A stretch of 64,000 nucleotides of DNA from the sequence record PP681140.1; one strand, written 5' to 3'. Positions 33,398-42,374 of this stretch are shown here, piece after piece. The notes below the pieces were generated by a model. It saw only the letters and a list, made by a program, of their open reading frames with translations, had not been told where the DNA came from and did no database searches. The DNA comes from Enterobacter phage EC152. The position numbers and the translations under genes are program-made. Position 1 is the stretch's first letter; the number at the start of each line of letters is the position of its first letter.

Positions 33398-35536
33398 ATG
33401 GCAGATCTATTACCTACCGTCAAGATTTCGGACCTACCGACCGCGACGGATTCTTTCGAGGGAGATTTTCTGGTTGTTGACCAGTCGGATGCTACACGTA
33501 AATCCACATGGTCAAGCCTGTTTTCTCGCTTCGGTGTTATGCGCATGTTCTCATTCCAGGATGGTGGTACGCTGACTTCCGCTAAGGACCAGGTAATTGA
33601 CCGCACAACTAACAAGGTGTATCAGTGGACGGGTGCTTATCCTAAGCTGGTTCCTGCTAACTCAACCCCGGAAAGCACCGGGGGTGTTGGTACTGGAGGG
33701 TGGTCAGTTAACGACCCTTCTCTCCGTGGAGACCTTGCTGGGATCAATGGGTCAACTTACGTTGGTGGTCCTGCTGGTACGGTGGCACAATCCCTTGACG
33801 GGTTTGTAACACCTTCTCAGTTTGTTGGAAAATACCCATCAACAACTGAAGCAGTAACCGCAATGGTTGCTTATGCGAAAACCAACAAGAAAGCTATTCT
33901 GGCTTGGGGCTGGGAACTGACACTTGAGACAAGTGTTTACATCGACGGTGTGGAGTGGTATGGTGGTGCTTTCAACCAGTCAGGTGGTAACCGCTACATG
34001 TACTTGTCAAACAGTACGTTCCGTTGGACTACCTTTACAGGTGTTTGTACCCGTCACTATGGTGGACGACTTATCATCACTGATTCTGCTTGGTTAAACA
34101 ACACCAACACAGCAGCAATGCTGATTCAGGCACTACCTGTTGATGGTACAATTGACATTCTTGACAGTGATTTCCGTGGATGTAAATACGGTATCCTGCA
34201 ACAAGGTACTGGTGCTCTGATCACCCGCGCTCGTTTTGCTCGACTGAACTTCAATGATTTGACAGGTGATGCGATTGAGTGTAACGTTGTTAACCGTCAC
34301 TACAAAGCAGGTGGCTTGACCATCGAAGATATCAACATTGACAATATCAACAACACAGACAACTCTCCTAACTGGGGTATCGGTATCGGTGTTGCGGGTC
34401 AAGGTCCATACGGTGCTAACGCTTCCGATGACCAATATGTTAGTGGGATCATCATTCGTAACGTCAAGATGCGTCGTGTACGTCAGTGTATCCACTTCGA
34501 ACTTTGCCGAGATTTCAAGGTGGAGAACGTAGAGGTCTACCCGGACGCTTCCGTTTCTAACGGTACACTTCTGGCATCGGGCGGTGTTGTTTGCTACGGC
34601 TCTAAAGACTTCATCATTGATGGTGTTCGTGGAGAGATGGTTAATGGTGCAACACGCTTCATCTATTTTGGGTGGGGTGTTAACGCCGGGACATATGCTG
34701 CTCCGTGTCGTGACTTTACGTTGAGAAACGTTAGAACCCACACCGGGCTGGTAGACATCCCTGTGAGTGCCAGAGATGACTGGACCAACACTGTAACGGT
34801 TGAGGATGTCGAGTGTGACACCTTCAAATACCGTGGTCTTGTTTCACGTCTTCGTCTTGCAGACATCCGTTGCAACCTCTTTGATGGTATCGGTGACTAC
34901 GAGGCAGGTCAAGGTGAGGCAGGTGGGGCTATGAAACGCTGGGCTTGGTGTTCTGCCGAGATCCTGAATATCAACAGCCTTGATGCTAACGGTGTTGCTA
35001 ACGGTAGTTTTGGACAGGTTGGCTTCGACCACGTTACGACTTACGGTTGTAACTTCGACGTAGTTCAACACTCCAAGACAAACGGTAACCGTGGTGTTAC
35101 GCTGTTGAACGCTGGGAACATTTACATCGCTGATAACGATCTTTTCCCGCAAGGTAAAGAGTTCGTGAAGGGCGACATCATTCTTAAAAAGACTGGTGGT
35201 TTGTTCGTGGTTGAAACAGGCGGTTCCTACATTGAAGCAAATGACTTTATCCGTGCTACAACGGTTGGGTCTAAGACCATTCAATGTGCTGCTGATTCCG
35301 GAGTAAGTCAGCCCTGGGCGACCCGTGCATTTAAATCCGCAGGTCTCCAGTTGACTATCCCAGGCGCAGGCGCTGGAGGGGCAGATCTGAAGACAACCGT
35401 CATCCGTGCTCCATACCAAAACGGGGCTTGGACAACACCGTTCTATCTGGATATTGCTGATCCTATTCAGACAGCAACCCCGGATAATACGGCGCTTGTT
35501 TCAACAAACCCGGTAGTATACAGCGAAAGGACTTAA
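33398..35536 (+). CDS. tailspike protein with beta-helix-like body (712 aa), N-terminal anchor domain paralogous to 29928..30599
   Basis: Shared N-terminal roughly 110 aa; repetitive Asn/Gly/Val-rich beta-strand sequence typical of right-handed beta-helix depolymerases. Confidence 0.55.
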   Translation: MADLLPTVKISDLPTATDSFEGDFLVVDQSDATRKSTWSSLFSRFGVMRMFSFQDGGTLTSAKDQVIDRTTNKVYQWTGAYPKLVPANSTPESTGGVGTGGWSVNDPSLRGDLAGINGSTYVGGPAGTVAQSLDGFVTPSQFVGKYPSTTEAVTAMVAYAKTNKKAILAWGWELTLETSVYIDGVEWYGGAFNQSGGNRYMYLSNSTFRWTTFTGVCTRHYGGRLIITDSAWLNNTNTAAMLIQALPVDGTIDILDSDFRGCKYGILQQGTGALITRARFARLNFNDLTGDAIECNVVNRHYKAGGLTIEDINIDNINNTDNSPNWGIGIGVAGQGPYGANASDDQYVSGIIIRNVKMRRVRQCIHFELCRDFKVENVEVYPDASVSNGTLLASGGVVCYGSKDFIIDGVRGEMVNGATRFIYFGWGVNAGTYAAPCRDFTLRNVRTHTGLVDIPVSARDDWTNTVTVEDVECDTFKYRGLVSRLRLADIRCNLFDGIGDYEAGQGEAGGAMKRWAWCSAEILNINSLDANGVANGSFGQVGFDHVTTYGCNFDVVQHSKTNGNRGVTLLNAGNIYIADNDLFPQGKEFVKGDIILKKTGGLFVVETGGSYIEANDFIRATTVGSKTIQCAADSGVSQPWATRAFKSAGLQLTIPGAGAGGADLKTTVIRAPYQNGAWTTPFYLDIADPIQTATPDNTALVSTNPVVYSERT

Positions 35537-35541
35537 ATAAC

Positions 35542-35565
35542 AAGGGGCTTCGGCCCCTTTTCTTA
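35542..35565 (+). terminator. rho-independent terminator (GGGGC-TTCG-GCCCC then TTTTCTTATT)
   Basis: UUCG hairpin family with a U tract. Confidence 0.7.
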
Positions 35566-35644
35566 TTATAAGCCTTTATAATTAAATCACAATATGATAA
35601 AATAGCAACATCTTAGAGCAAAAATCTAGCAAGAGGAGGCGTTC

Positions 35645-37138
35645 GTGGCTGCTCAATATGGATTAAACGACTACGGCTTTGCGATCCCATCCCTTGATGA
35701 TCTAATCGCAGATACAAAGCAGTCACTAATCCGAACTTTCGGTGAGAACTTCAACACACAGTCAAACACTATTGTTGATAAGCTTACCACAATTCTGAAT
35801 GAAAGGGAGTACCAGTTAATCCTTCTGGCTGCGGCTGTGTATTCTGCACAGACCCTTGCAGGTGCTGAAGGTATTTACCTGGATGAACTGCTTGGTCGTC
35901 GTGGTATTTATCGTCGTGGGAAAACAAGAGGCTCCGGTACGGTGCAGATGGTTGTAAACAACACTGTGCCATACAACATGATTTATAGTGCTGCAACATA
36001 CAGCATTGACAGTGGTAACTTCGTACTTAACCAGGACACCCCGGTAGCTGGTAATATCCTTGCACAGCAAATCCTGAACCCGGACTGGGTTCTTGGTAAT
36101 TACACCTTCCAGATGATGAACCAGAATGATGGTACAACCAAGACAATGGCTCTGACCCTGAGTAACAAAACGCCTAATAGCGCTCAGATGAATGCCTTCA
36201 TGTCTTCCATCAAAGACTTCATCATCCAGAACACCACGCAGTTGAACGAAGACAGAATCTTCATTGACTCAGCAAACGGTGCTCTGTATATTGGTTACGA
36301 TGCCAGTAAGAAAATGATCGGGCTTAACAGTCGTGTTGATTTCCGTTCTTCCCCGGTAATCGGTCAGAGAACAATCACGATGGATGTTATCGCCTCTGAA
36401 GCTGGTGAGATCTCTCGTGAAGCCAACACAGTAACAAACATCAGCCCAACACCAAGTGGCTTTATCAGTATGACAAACATGACCGCATTTAACGATGGGT
36501 CAGATGTAGAAACAGACACAGACTACAAGGTCCGTGCTGCCAACAGTACCGCTGCTGGCGCTGCTGCTACCCGTCCTGCTGTTATCTCCGCTGTTCTCAA
36601 CGTAGAGGGTGTGAGCAAGGTCCGTGTGTTCTCCAACAACACAGGATCAACTGATCAGTACGGTGTTCCTGCATATAAATTCGAAACCGTGGTATATGGT
36701 GGATCAACTGAGGATATCAGTCAAGCACTTTATAACACAATCGCGCTGTCAAACGCAACCTATGGGAACGTCTTCTATGACATCACTACCGAGGATGACC
36801 AGACAGAACGTATTTTCCACAGCAAAGCACAGGCCCGTGAACTTGCTATTCGAGTTCGTTACAAGGGTAAGCTCCTGTCTGTGACAGAGCAGAACACTAT
36901 TAAGGATGCTTTGAAGGCAGTCGTTGACCCGCTCAACATTGCAGACACCCTGTATAACATCCAGTTGGTTTCTGCGGTAGGTTCTTCAATCTCCCCCGGA
37001 CGATTCACCCAACTGTTTGTGGATGTAAAGAACGTTGGTCAGCCAGACAGTTCTTACACCAACAGTGATGTGGTAGCCGGGATGACAGAAGTGTTCGCAC
37101 TGGATACGGACGACATCACCTTCCAGCAAATCATCTAA
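35645..37138 (+). CDS. baseplate J-like / tail protein (497 aa)
   Basis: GTG start with AGAGGAGG RBS; size and position. Confidence 0.4.
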   Translation: MAAQYGLNDYGFAIPSLDDLIADTKQSLIRTFGENFNTQSNTIVDKLTTILNEREYQLILLAAAVYSAQTLAGAEGIYLDELLGRRGIYRRGKTRGSGTVQMVVNNTVPYNMIYSAATYSIDSGNFVLNQDTPVAGNILAQQILNPDWVLGNYTFQMMNQNDGTTKTMALTLSNKTPNSAQMNAFMSSIKDFIIQNTTQLNEDRIFIDSANGALYIGYDASKKMIGLNSRVDFRSSPVIGQRTITMDVIASEAGEISREANTVTNISPTPSGFISMTNMTAFNDGSDVETDTDYKVRAANSTAAGAAATRPAVISAVLNVEGVSKVRVFSNNTGSTDQYGVPAYKFETVVYGGSTEDISQALYNTIALSNATYGNVFYDITTEDDQTERIFHSKAQARELAIRVRYKGKLLSVTEQNTIKDALKAVVDPLNIADTLYNIQLVSAVGSSISPGRFTQLFVDVKNVGQPDSSYTNSDVVAGMTEVFALDTDDITFQQII

Positions 37139-37148
37139 CGAGGTAAGC

Positions 37149-37781
37149 ATGGCAGATTATCTAAAGGATGTCAACCACATCCATACTCTGCCAGATTTCG
37201 TTCAAGGAGGTATTGATTACCTCCCTGGCGATTTTCTGAAAGAGAAAGAAAACCTTGTCAAGTTCATGACAGTATATCTCGAAAGACTTAAGGCAGTTGA
37301 CGAAATGTGGGTCAACTTGTCTGAAGGTAGATTACTGAAGAATGCGACTGGTGTCAACCTCGATGAGATTGGTAAGCAGGTCGGGATCGAACGTAATGGT
37401 CTTAGCGATATGAACTATCGTGCGATCATCATCATCCTTCTTGCAAGTGCTGCAAAGCATGGTACAAGACCAGAGGTTATTGACACGCTCGATCAATTGT
37501 TCGGGACTGGTAATTTCACCACGTACAAAGGTGACAACTACCGTTTCGACATCAACATTTCCAAGACATGTTTTGAACTGGAGACTGCTCTCCAGGAGAT
37601 CCAAGACATGTTGCCTATGCCTACCCACCTAAGACTTACAGAGTCCAGCGGTACGGCTTTTGGTTTCTCAGGCGATAAGTATGCACTTGGGTTTGGTTCA
37701 ATCCACTCAGGTGGTCGTACAGGTGAAGGTGGCCTTGCACACCTTACATACACGTCTGATGAAGAGAATACCTTGATTTAA
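37149..37781 (+). CDS. baseplate/tail fibre-associated protein (210 aa)
   Basis: Position. Confidence 0.35.
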   Translation: MADYLKDVNHIHTLPDFVQGGIDYLPGDFLKEKENLVKFMTVYLERLKAVDEMWVNLSEGRLLKNATGVNLDEIGKQVGIERNGLSDMNYRAIIIILLASAAKHGTRPEVIDTLDQLFGTGNFTTYKGDNYRFDINISKTCFELETALQEIQDMLPMPTHLRLTESSGTAFGFSGDKYALGFGSIHSGGRTGEGGLAHLTYTSDEENTLI

Positions 37782-37792
37782 GGGAGATAACA

Positions 37793-38905
37793 ATGGCAGC
37801 GCCAACAGTACCTATTGAAATTTGGGCCTATGGGAACATTGTCCTCCCTAATACCCACGAGTTAAACAAATCCCGCCCTATTGATGACCTTTGGAACAAA
37901 GGTTGGGATATGGGTGAAAAACCTTCTTGTGAAGAGTTCAACTATGTGTTAAACATGGTTACCGCATGGGCTAAGTATATTACGGGGGAACAGATTCCCG
38001 GTCTTGATAGCCGATTCCTGCGTGTTACTCAGAACCTTGCCGATGTACCTAACAAGGCTACTGCTCGTACAAACCTCGATGTGTGGAGCAAGGGAGAGTC
38101 TGACACGCGTTATGTGAATGTGTCTGGTGACACCATGACCGGGAACCTTTCTGTTCCTCGTTTAGATTTGCAGGCATCTTCTTCTGACTTTGCCTACATC
38201 ACCACAACTAACCCAGCGTCTGACTGGACATACTTTGATTTTGTTCTTGGCGATAATCCAGGGACGGCAGGGTCTTCCGGTGTTGATACAATGCGTTTCC
38301 GCTTCACACCTTCTGGTGGTAGCATCTTTAACATGATGGAACTGAACGCTATCAGCGCTACTGCTGCTCTGTGCCGTGTAACAGGTAACATCATCGCGAG
38401 CGGAAGTATTCAGGGTTCTTCAATGACAGCAACCTCTGCAACTTTCACGAACGGTACAGTTAGCAACACCTGGACGGTAAACACCCTTCAGTCAACAACA
38501 ACCCGTGCAACTAACGTTGTGGCTACAAACAACGTATCCACCGGGACGCTGAACGTAAGCTCAACAACCACAACTGCTAACCTTGTTGTCCAGAACAACA
38601 GTGCAACGGTCGGTGGTCGTCACGTTGTCCGTGCTGTGAACGGTAACACTGCTGATGGTAACGGTAACGTAACAATTTCCCTGCCACCACAAGGTGTTCA
38701 GGATGTTCGTCTGGGTTCCGAGATCTCTACGAACCGTTATTCCCTCGGTAACGAATCCTTTGTGTATCGTGCCCCAGGCGGGTGTGTTGTGACAGGTTTT
38801 AACATCTGGTCAAAATCAGGTAACAACGACGAATTCCGTGATATGTATTCTCGCCCAATCCAGAAGTATATCAACGGCGGTTGGTACACAATCGGACAGC
38901 TATAA
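37793..38905 (+). CDS. tail fibre protein (370 aa), Thr/Asn/Ser/Val-rich
   Basis: Composition typical of fibre shafts (TTTNPASDWT..., VSTGTLNVSSTTTTANLVVQNN). Confidence 0.5.
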   Translation: MAAPTVPIEIWAYGNIVLPNTHELNKSRPIDDLWNKGWDMGEKPSCEEFNYVLNMVTAWAKYITGEQIPGLDSRFLRVTQNLADVPNKATARTNLDVWSKGESDTRYVNVSGDTMTGNLSVPRLDLQASSSDFAYITTTNPASDWTYFDFVLGDNPGTAGSSGVDTMRFRFTPSGGSIFNMMELNAISATAALCRVTGNIIASGSIQGSSMTATSATFTNGTVSNTWTVNTLQSTTTRATNVVATNNVSTGTLNVSSTTTTANLVVQNNSATVGGRHVVRAVNGNTADGNGNVTISLPPQGVQDVRLGSEISTNRYSLGNESFVYRAPGGCVVTGFNIWSKSGNNDEFRDMYSRPIQKYINGGWYTIGQL

Positions 38906-38916
38906 CAGGAGGCTAA

Positions 38917-39432
38917 ATGGTACACCTTAAGAATGTGGAGATCTATACTCCTGAGAAAGTACCTGAAGAACTCGCAACCTACGGGGTGATGTTCTTTAGA
39001 TCTGAGGATGGTCAGGATTTTTATGAGGCCATCAAAGACATGAAAGAAGACACAATGAAGGTCTTATACGCAGACGGTATTGTAACAGGGTTTTCCCTTG
39101 ATGCAAGCTCTCTGTATCCACCGGGTGCCTCTCTCATCGAGGTCCCCCTGGATAAAATTCCTGCGGATCTTGAACTTGGTCGGAAATATCTCTTTGATGC
39201 AAAGACTCTCAAATTCAAAGTCAACCCTGACTTCTTGACAAGGGACCTTGACATCCAGAAGCAAAACCTGCTGGCACTGGCGAACGATAAGATCGCTCAG
39301 TATCAGGACAAGGTGGATCTGGAGACCGCTACCAAGGGAGAAGTAACCGCTCTTAAGAACTGGAAAGCCTATAGAATCAAAGTTCGTGAAGCGACTGACG
39401 TGGGTTCTCTACCAAAACAACCACGCGTGTAA
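38917..39432 (+). CDS. tail fibre assembly/chaperone-like protein (171 aa)
   Basis: Small protein immediately after a fibre gene. Confidence 0.4.
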   Translation: MVHLKNVEIYTPEKVPEELATYGVMFFRSEDGQDFYEAIKDMKEDTMKVLYADGIVTGFSLDASSLYPPGASLIEVPLDKIPADLELGRKYLFDAKTLKFKVNPDFLTRDLDIQKQNLLALANDKIAQYQDKVDLETATKGEVTALKNWKAYRIKVREATDVGSLPKQPRV

Positions 39433-39441
39433 GGAGCTAAC

Positions 39442-39756
39442 ATGTCCATTGATCTATTTGCTATCCTGAAAGCTGTCTGGGGCGTTATCACGTTTGTCCT
39501 GATTGGTGTCCTTAGAATCACATACTCCGATTACAAAAAAACGCAAGAACGCCTTGATGAACTTGATAAAGATATCATAAGGATTAAGGCAGAGATGGTC
39601 ACAAAAGAGAAACTGGATGAGATTCTGGATAAGAAACTCAAGACTGTTCGTGATGACGTTTCAGAATTGCGTAAGGACATCAAAGAAGATGTGGGCGACC
39701 TGAGAGCAGACCTGAGCAATCAGTTTAAAATGCTCATGGAGCGTCAACTTAGATGA
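39442..39756 (+). CDS. membrane protein, N-terminal TM plus charged coiled coil (104 aa)
   Basis: Hydrophobic AILKAVWGVITFVLIGVL then a Lys/Asp/Glu-rich helix. Confidence 0.55.
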   Translation: MSIDLFAILKAVWGVITFVLIGVLRITYSDYKKTQERLDELDKDIIRIKAEMVTKEKLDEILDKKLKTVRDDVSELRKDIKEDVGDLRADLSNQFKMLMERQLR

Positions 39757-40226
39757 TAAGTTCAGCACTGTATTTTATTTGCTTTGCAGTGCTGCTGCTT
39801 AACGCTGACAAGGGAATACGGATCATGTCTATTTTTGGTATGATCCATATTCTTTTAGAGAATGCACTGTACTGGTGGTTCTCTGCACACGGCGTTTATT
39901 TTGATTTGTCGTTGTATATGACCCTGTGTTGGTTGCTCGACATCGCCCTTTTATTCGGTACAGCGTGTGTATTGTCGGGATGGAAGAAGAAGTTGACACT
40001 TTCGGTGTCGGTTCCGATACTCTTCTGCCAGATAATAGTCATGCAATTTCCATTCCTCTTACCATTTGCATTGAACTTTGTCATCAACTCGTCATATCAA
40101 ACCTTAATGGAGGTGCTGATTCTTTGTGCTTCTTTCAAGGATAACACAATCAAAGAGTGGGTCAAGACTGCAACAGTGGTAAGCCTCGTGGTTCTTGCAA
40201 GGTTCCTACCCATGTTAGTTCATTGA
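39753..40226 (+). CDS. polytopic membrane protein (157 aa, 4-5 predicted TM)
   Basis: Repeated hydrophobic segments; coupled ATGA start. Confidence 0.55.
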   Translation: MISSALYFICFAVLLLNADKGIRIMSIFGMIHILLENALYWWFSAHGVYFDLSLYMTLCWLLDIALLFGTACVLSGWKKKLTLSVSVPILFCQIIVMQFPFLLPFALNFVINSSYQTLMEVLILCASFKDNTIKEWVKTATVVSLVVLARFLPMLVH

Positions 40227-40241
40227 GAATCTTGAGGAAAT

Positions 40242-40511
40242 ATGTTAAAATCAATAATGAAATTTATGAAAGACCTTGTTAGATCCCCGGTTGATCCGGA
40301 TAAGGCCTCACACACAAAGTTCTGGAGCAATATCGGCCTGGCAGCTATGACCGCAGTATTCCTTTATTGGGGATTCAAAGGCACGTTGACAGAGTGGTAC
40401 ATGTGGGTTTATGCACCCACTGTTGCTGCCCCGCAACTTATCAGTAAACTCATCTCTCTTCGTTGGGGCGTAACAGAAGCCCAGCGTGAAGATCAAAAGT
40501 CAGACCAATAA
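40242..40511 (+). CDS. small membrane protein (89 aa, 1-2 TM, charged C-terminus)
   Basis: GLAAMTAVFLYWGF hydrophobic core; C-terminal AQREDQKSDQ. Confidence 0.5.
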   Translation: MLKSIMKFMKDLVRSPVDPDKASHTKFWSNIGLAAMTAVFLYWGFKGTLTEWYMWVYAPTVAAPQLISKLISLRWGVTEAQREDQKSDQ

Positions 40512-40521
40512 GGAGACTCTT

Positions 40522-42330
40522 GTGGCAGATATGACTCAATTTGAACAGGCTGTTGATCAGGTCATCGAAGACTCTGAACGCCTGCACAAAGTTGTCAACG
40601 GAACGGCTTCTGAAACTGTTGTTACTGAAGATGGTAGCACCATCCCAACAGTTCGTAAAGCTCTTCTCGACAACTTATTTTTTAAGACACCGCCTATTCC
40701 TTGGGTAGCCGGGTCTCAGGCAACGGTCTTTAACCAGCTTTACGCATTCAACGGTACAAACGGTGTCCAGTGGTGGTATGCACCTGGTGCAACAGCAACT
40801 ACTCCTGTAACTCTGCCTGCAAACCCATCTACCAGTGTTAACTGGAGACTGTATAATGATGCGGCTGCGATGGCTTCCATCTATGCCCCTATCAACAGTC
40901 CGATCCTGACTGGTAACCCGCAGGCTCCAACCCCTGCTGCAAACAGCAACAGTACCACTATTGCAACAACAGCCTTTGTGACAACAGCAATTGCAAGCGC
41001 ACTGTCCAGCATCTCTGGTGGTAGCGTTACTTTTGCAAACGTGACTGTCTCTGGGGCAACAACCCTGAATACCCTTACCGTCAACGGGACAACTACGTTA
41101 AACGGTCCGGTGAACGCAGACAACTCTACGGGTCGTTTCCAGAACCTGATTTTGACTAAGCAGGCTTCCAGCCTGACATTTGTCTACACAGATGCTGCTA
41201 ACCCGACATTCTTCAAGACACGCCTTGATCCTTACGCGATCCAGACCCACAACCTGCAAACAGATATTATTGTCAACGGTACAGTTTCCGCTGATGACAC
41301 CACAATGTCAATGACAGGTGTTGGTAACAACGTCTTCGATTATGTTTATATCCGTGGTAATAACGCGAAAGATGTCTCTGCTCCACGACTGAAAGTTTCA
41401 GGGATGACTGAGGTAGAGAACCTTCACATCACAGGCTCTGTAACTGGTTTAAGCTTCAGTGTGAATGGCCTAGATATCAGTCCTAACTCTGTAACAACCA
41501 CAGCAGGTATCACCGTAGGTTCCGACCTGCAAGTGAACGGGTCTGCAACACTGGGTAACACCACAGTTTCCAGCCTTGAAGTGATCAACACCCTCAAGGT
41601 CGATGGTTCTACAACCCTTGTTGACTTCACAGCTTCAAGTGGTACAATAACTGGACCCTTCACTGTTGGTGGTCTAAGCAACCTGAATGGTGGTTTCACT
41701 ACCGGATCAGCTAATGGATCAATCGGTGGTAATCTCTCCGTGACTGGTTCAACAGAGCTTCTTTCCGGGCTGAATGTAACTGGGGATGTTGCAATCAATG
41801 GTAACCTATCAGCGACTGGCGATGTCAACCTGAACAACGGTTCCGGAACAACAACGGTGAACAACCTTGTTATCCAGGGTACTGTGACAGGGCTGACAGT
41901 TGACCTGACAGGACAATCTGTTAGTGTTGCCTCTTTGACTGCTACAGGATCTGTTACGGCTGCTACTCTTACTGTGCAGGACACAGCAGACCTTCCTAAT
42001 GCCCGTGTTGGATTCCTGACGCTGGTTGCGGAAGACGTTGAGAGTTCTACTGCGAACTGGACCCCAAGCGGGACATCAAACATCTATACGGTCTTGGTTG
42101 ACGCAAACCTGACAATCGGTGCATGGCCTTCTCCACCAAACGCATTCTCTGCAATGATTTACTTGACCCAGGATGCAACCGGAGGACACACGGTAACACT
42201 TGACCCTAACTATCTGGTGCTTAACAGCGAAACAATCAACCAGACAGCGGGTTCTGTGACTATTCTTCAGCTTACCTATAACGGTGTTGAAGATGGGGTT
42301 ATCGACACAGTGATTGTTCGTCGTCCATAA
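40522..42330 (+). CDS. tail fibre protein (603 aa)
   Basis: GTG 40522 with AAGGAG at 6-nt spacing gives N-terminus MADMTQFEQ; Thr/Asn/Gly/Val/Ser-rich repetitive shaft. Confidence 0.5.
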   Translation: MADMTQFEQAVDQVIEDSERLHKVVNGTASETVVTEDGSTIPTVRKALLDNLFFKTPPIPWVAGSQATVFNQLYAFNGTNGVQWWYAPGATATTPVTLPANPSTSVNWRLYNDAAAMASIYAPINSPILTGNPQAPTPAANSNSTTIATTAFVTTAIASALSSISGGSVTFANVTVSGATTLNTLTVNGTTTLNGPVNADNSTGRFQNLILTKQASSLTFVYTDAANPTFFKTRLDPYAIQTHNLQTDIIVNGTVSADDTTMSMTGVGNNVFDYVYIRGNNAKDVSAPRLKVSGMTEVENLHITGSVTGLSFSVNGLDISPNSVTTTAGITVGSDLQVNGSATLGNTTVSSLEVINTLKVDGSTTLVDFTASSGTITGPFTVGGLSNLNGGFTTGSANGSIGGNLSVTGSTELLSGLNVTGDVAINGNLSATGDVNLNNGSGTTTVNNLVIQGTVTGLTVDLTGQSVSVASLTATGSVTAATLTVQDTADLPNARVGFLTLVAEDVESSTANWTPSGTSNIYTVLVDANLTIGAWPSPPNAFSAMIYLTQDATGGHTVTLDPNYLVLNSETINQTAGSVTILQLTYNGVEDGVIDTVIVRRP

Positions 42331-42334
42331 TATC

Positions 42335-42364
42335 AAGGGCTGTCTTCGGACAGCCTTTTCTTTA
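42335..42364 (+). terminator. rho-independent terminator (AAGGGCTGTC-TTCG-GACAGCCTTT then TCTTT)
   Basis: 10-bp stem with UUCG tetraloop and U tract. Confidence 0.75.
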
Positions 42365-42374
42365 GGAGGTTTTA

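Noticed and set aside
34133-35419. Minus-strand ORFs of 202 and 191 aa
   Set aside because: Antisense to the tailspike gene; low-complexity translations typical of antisense frames of repetitive genes.
41424-42083. Minus-strand 219-aa ORF
   Set aside because: Antisense to the tail-fibre gene 40522..42330.
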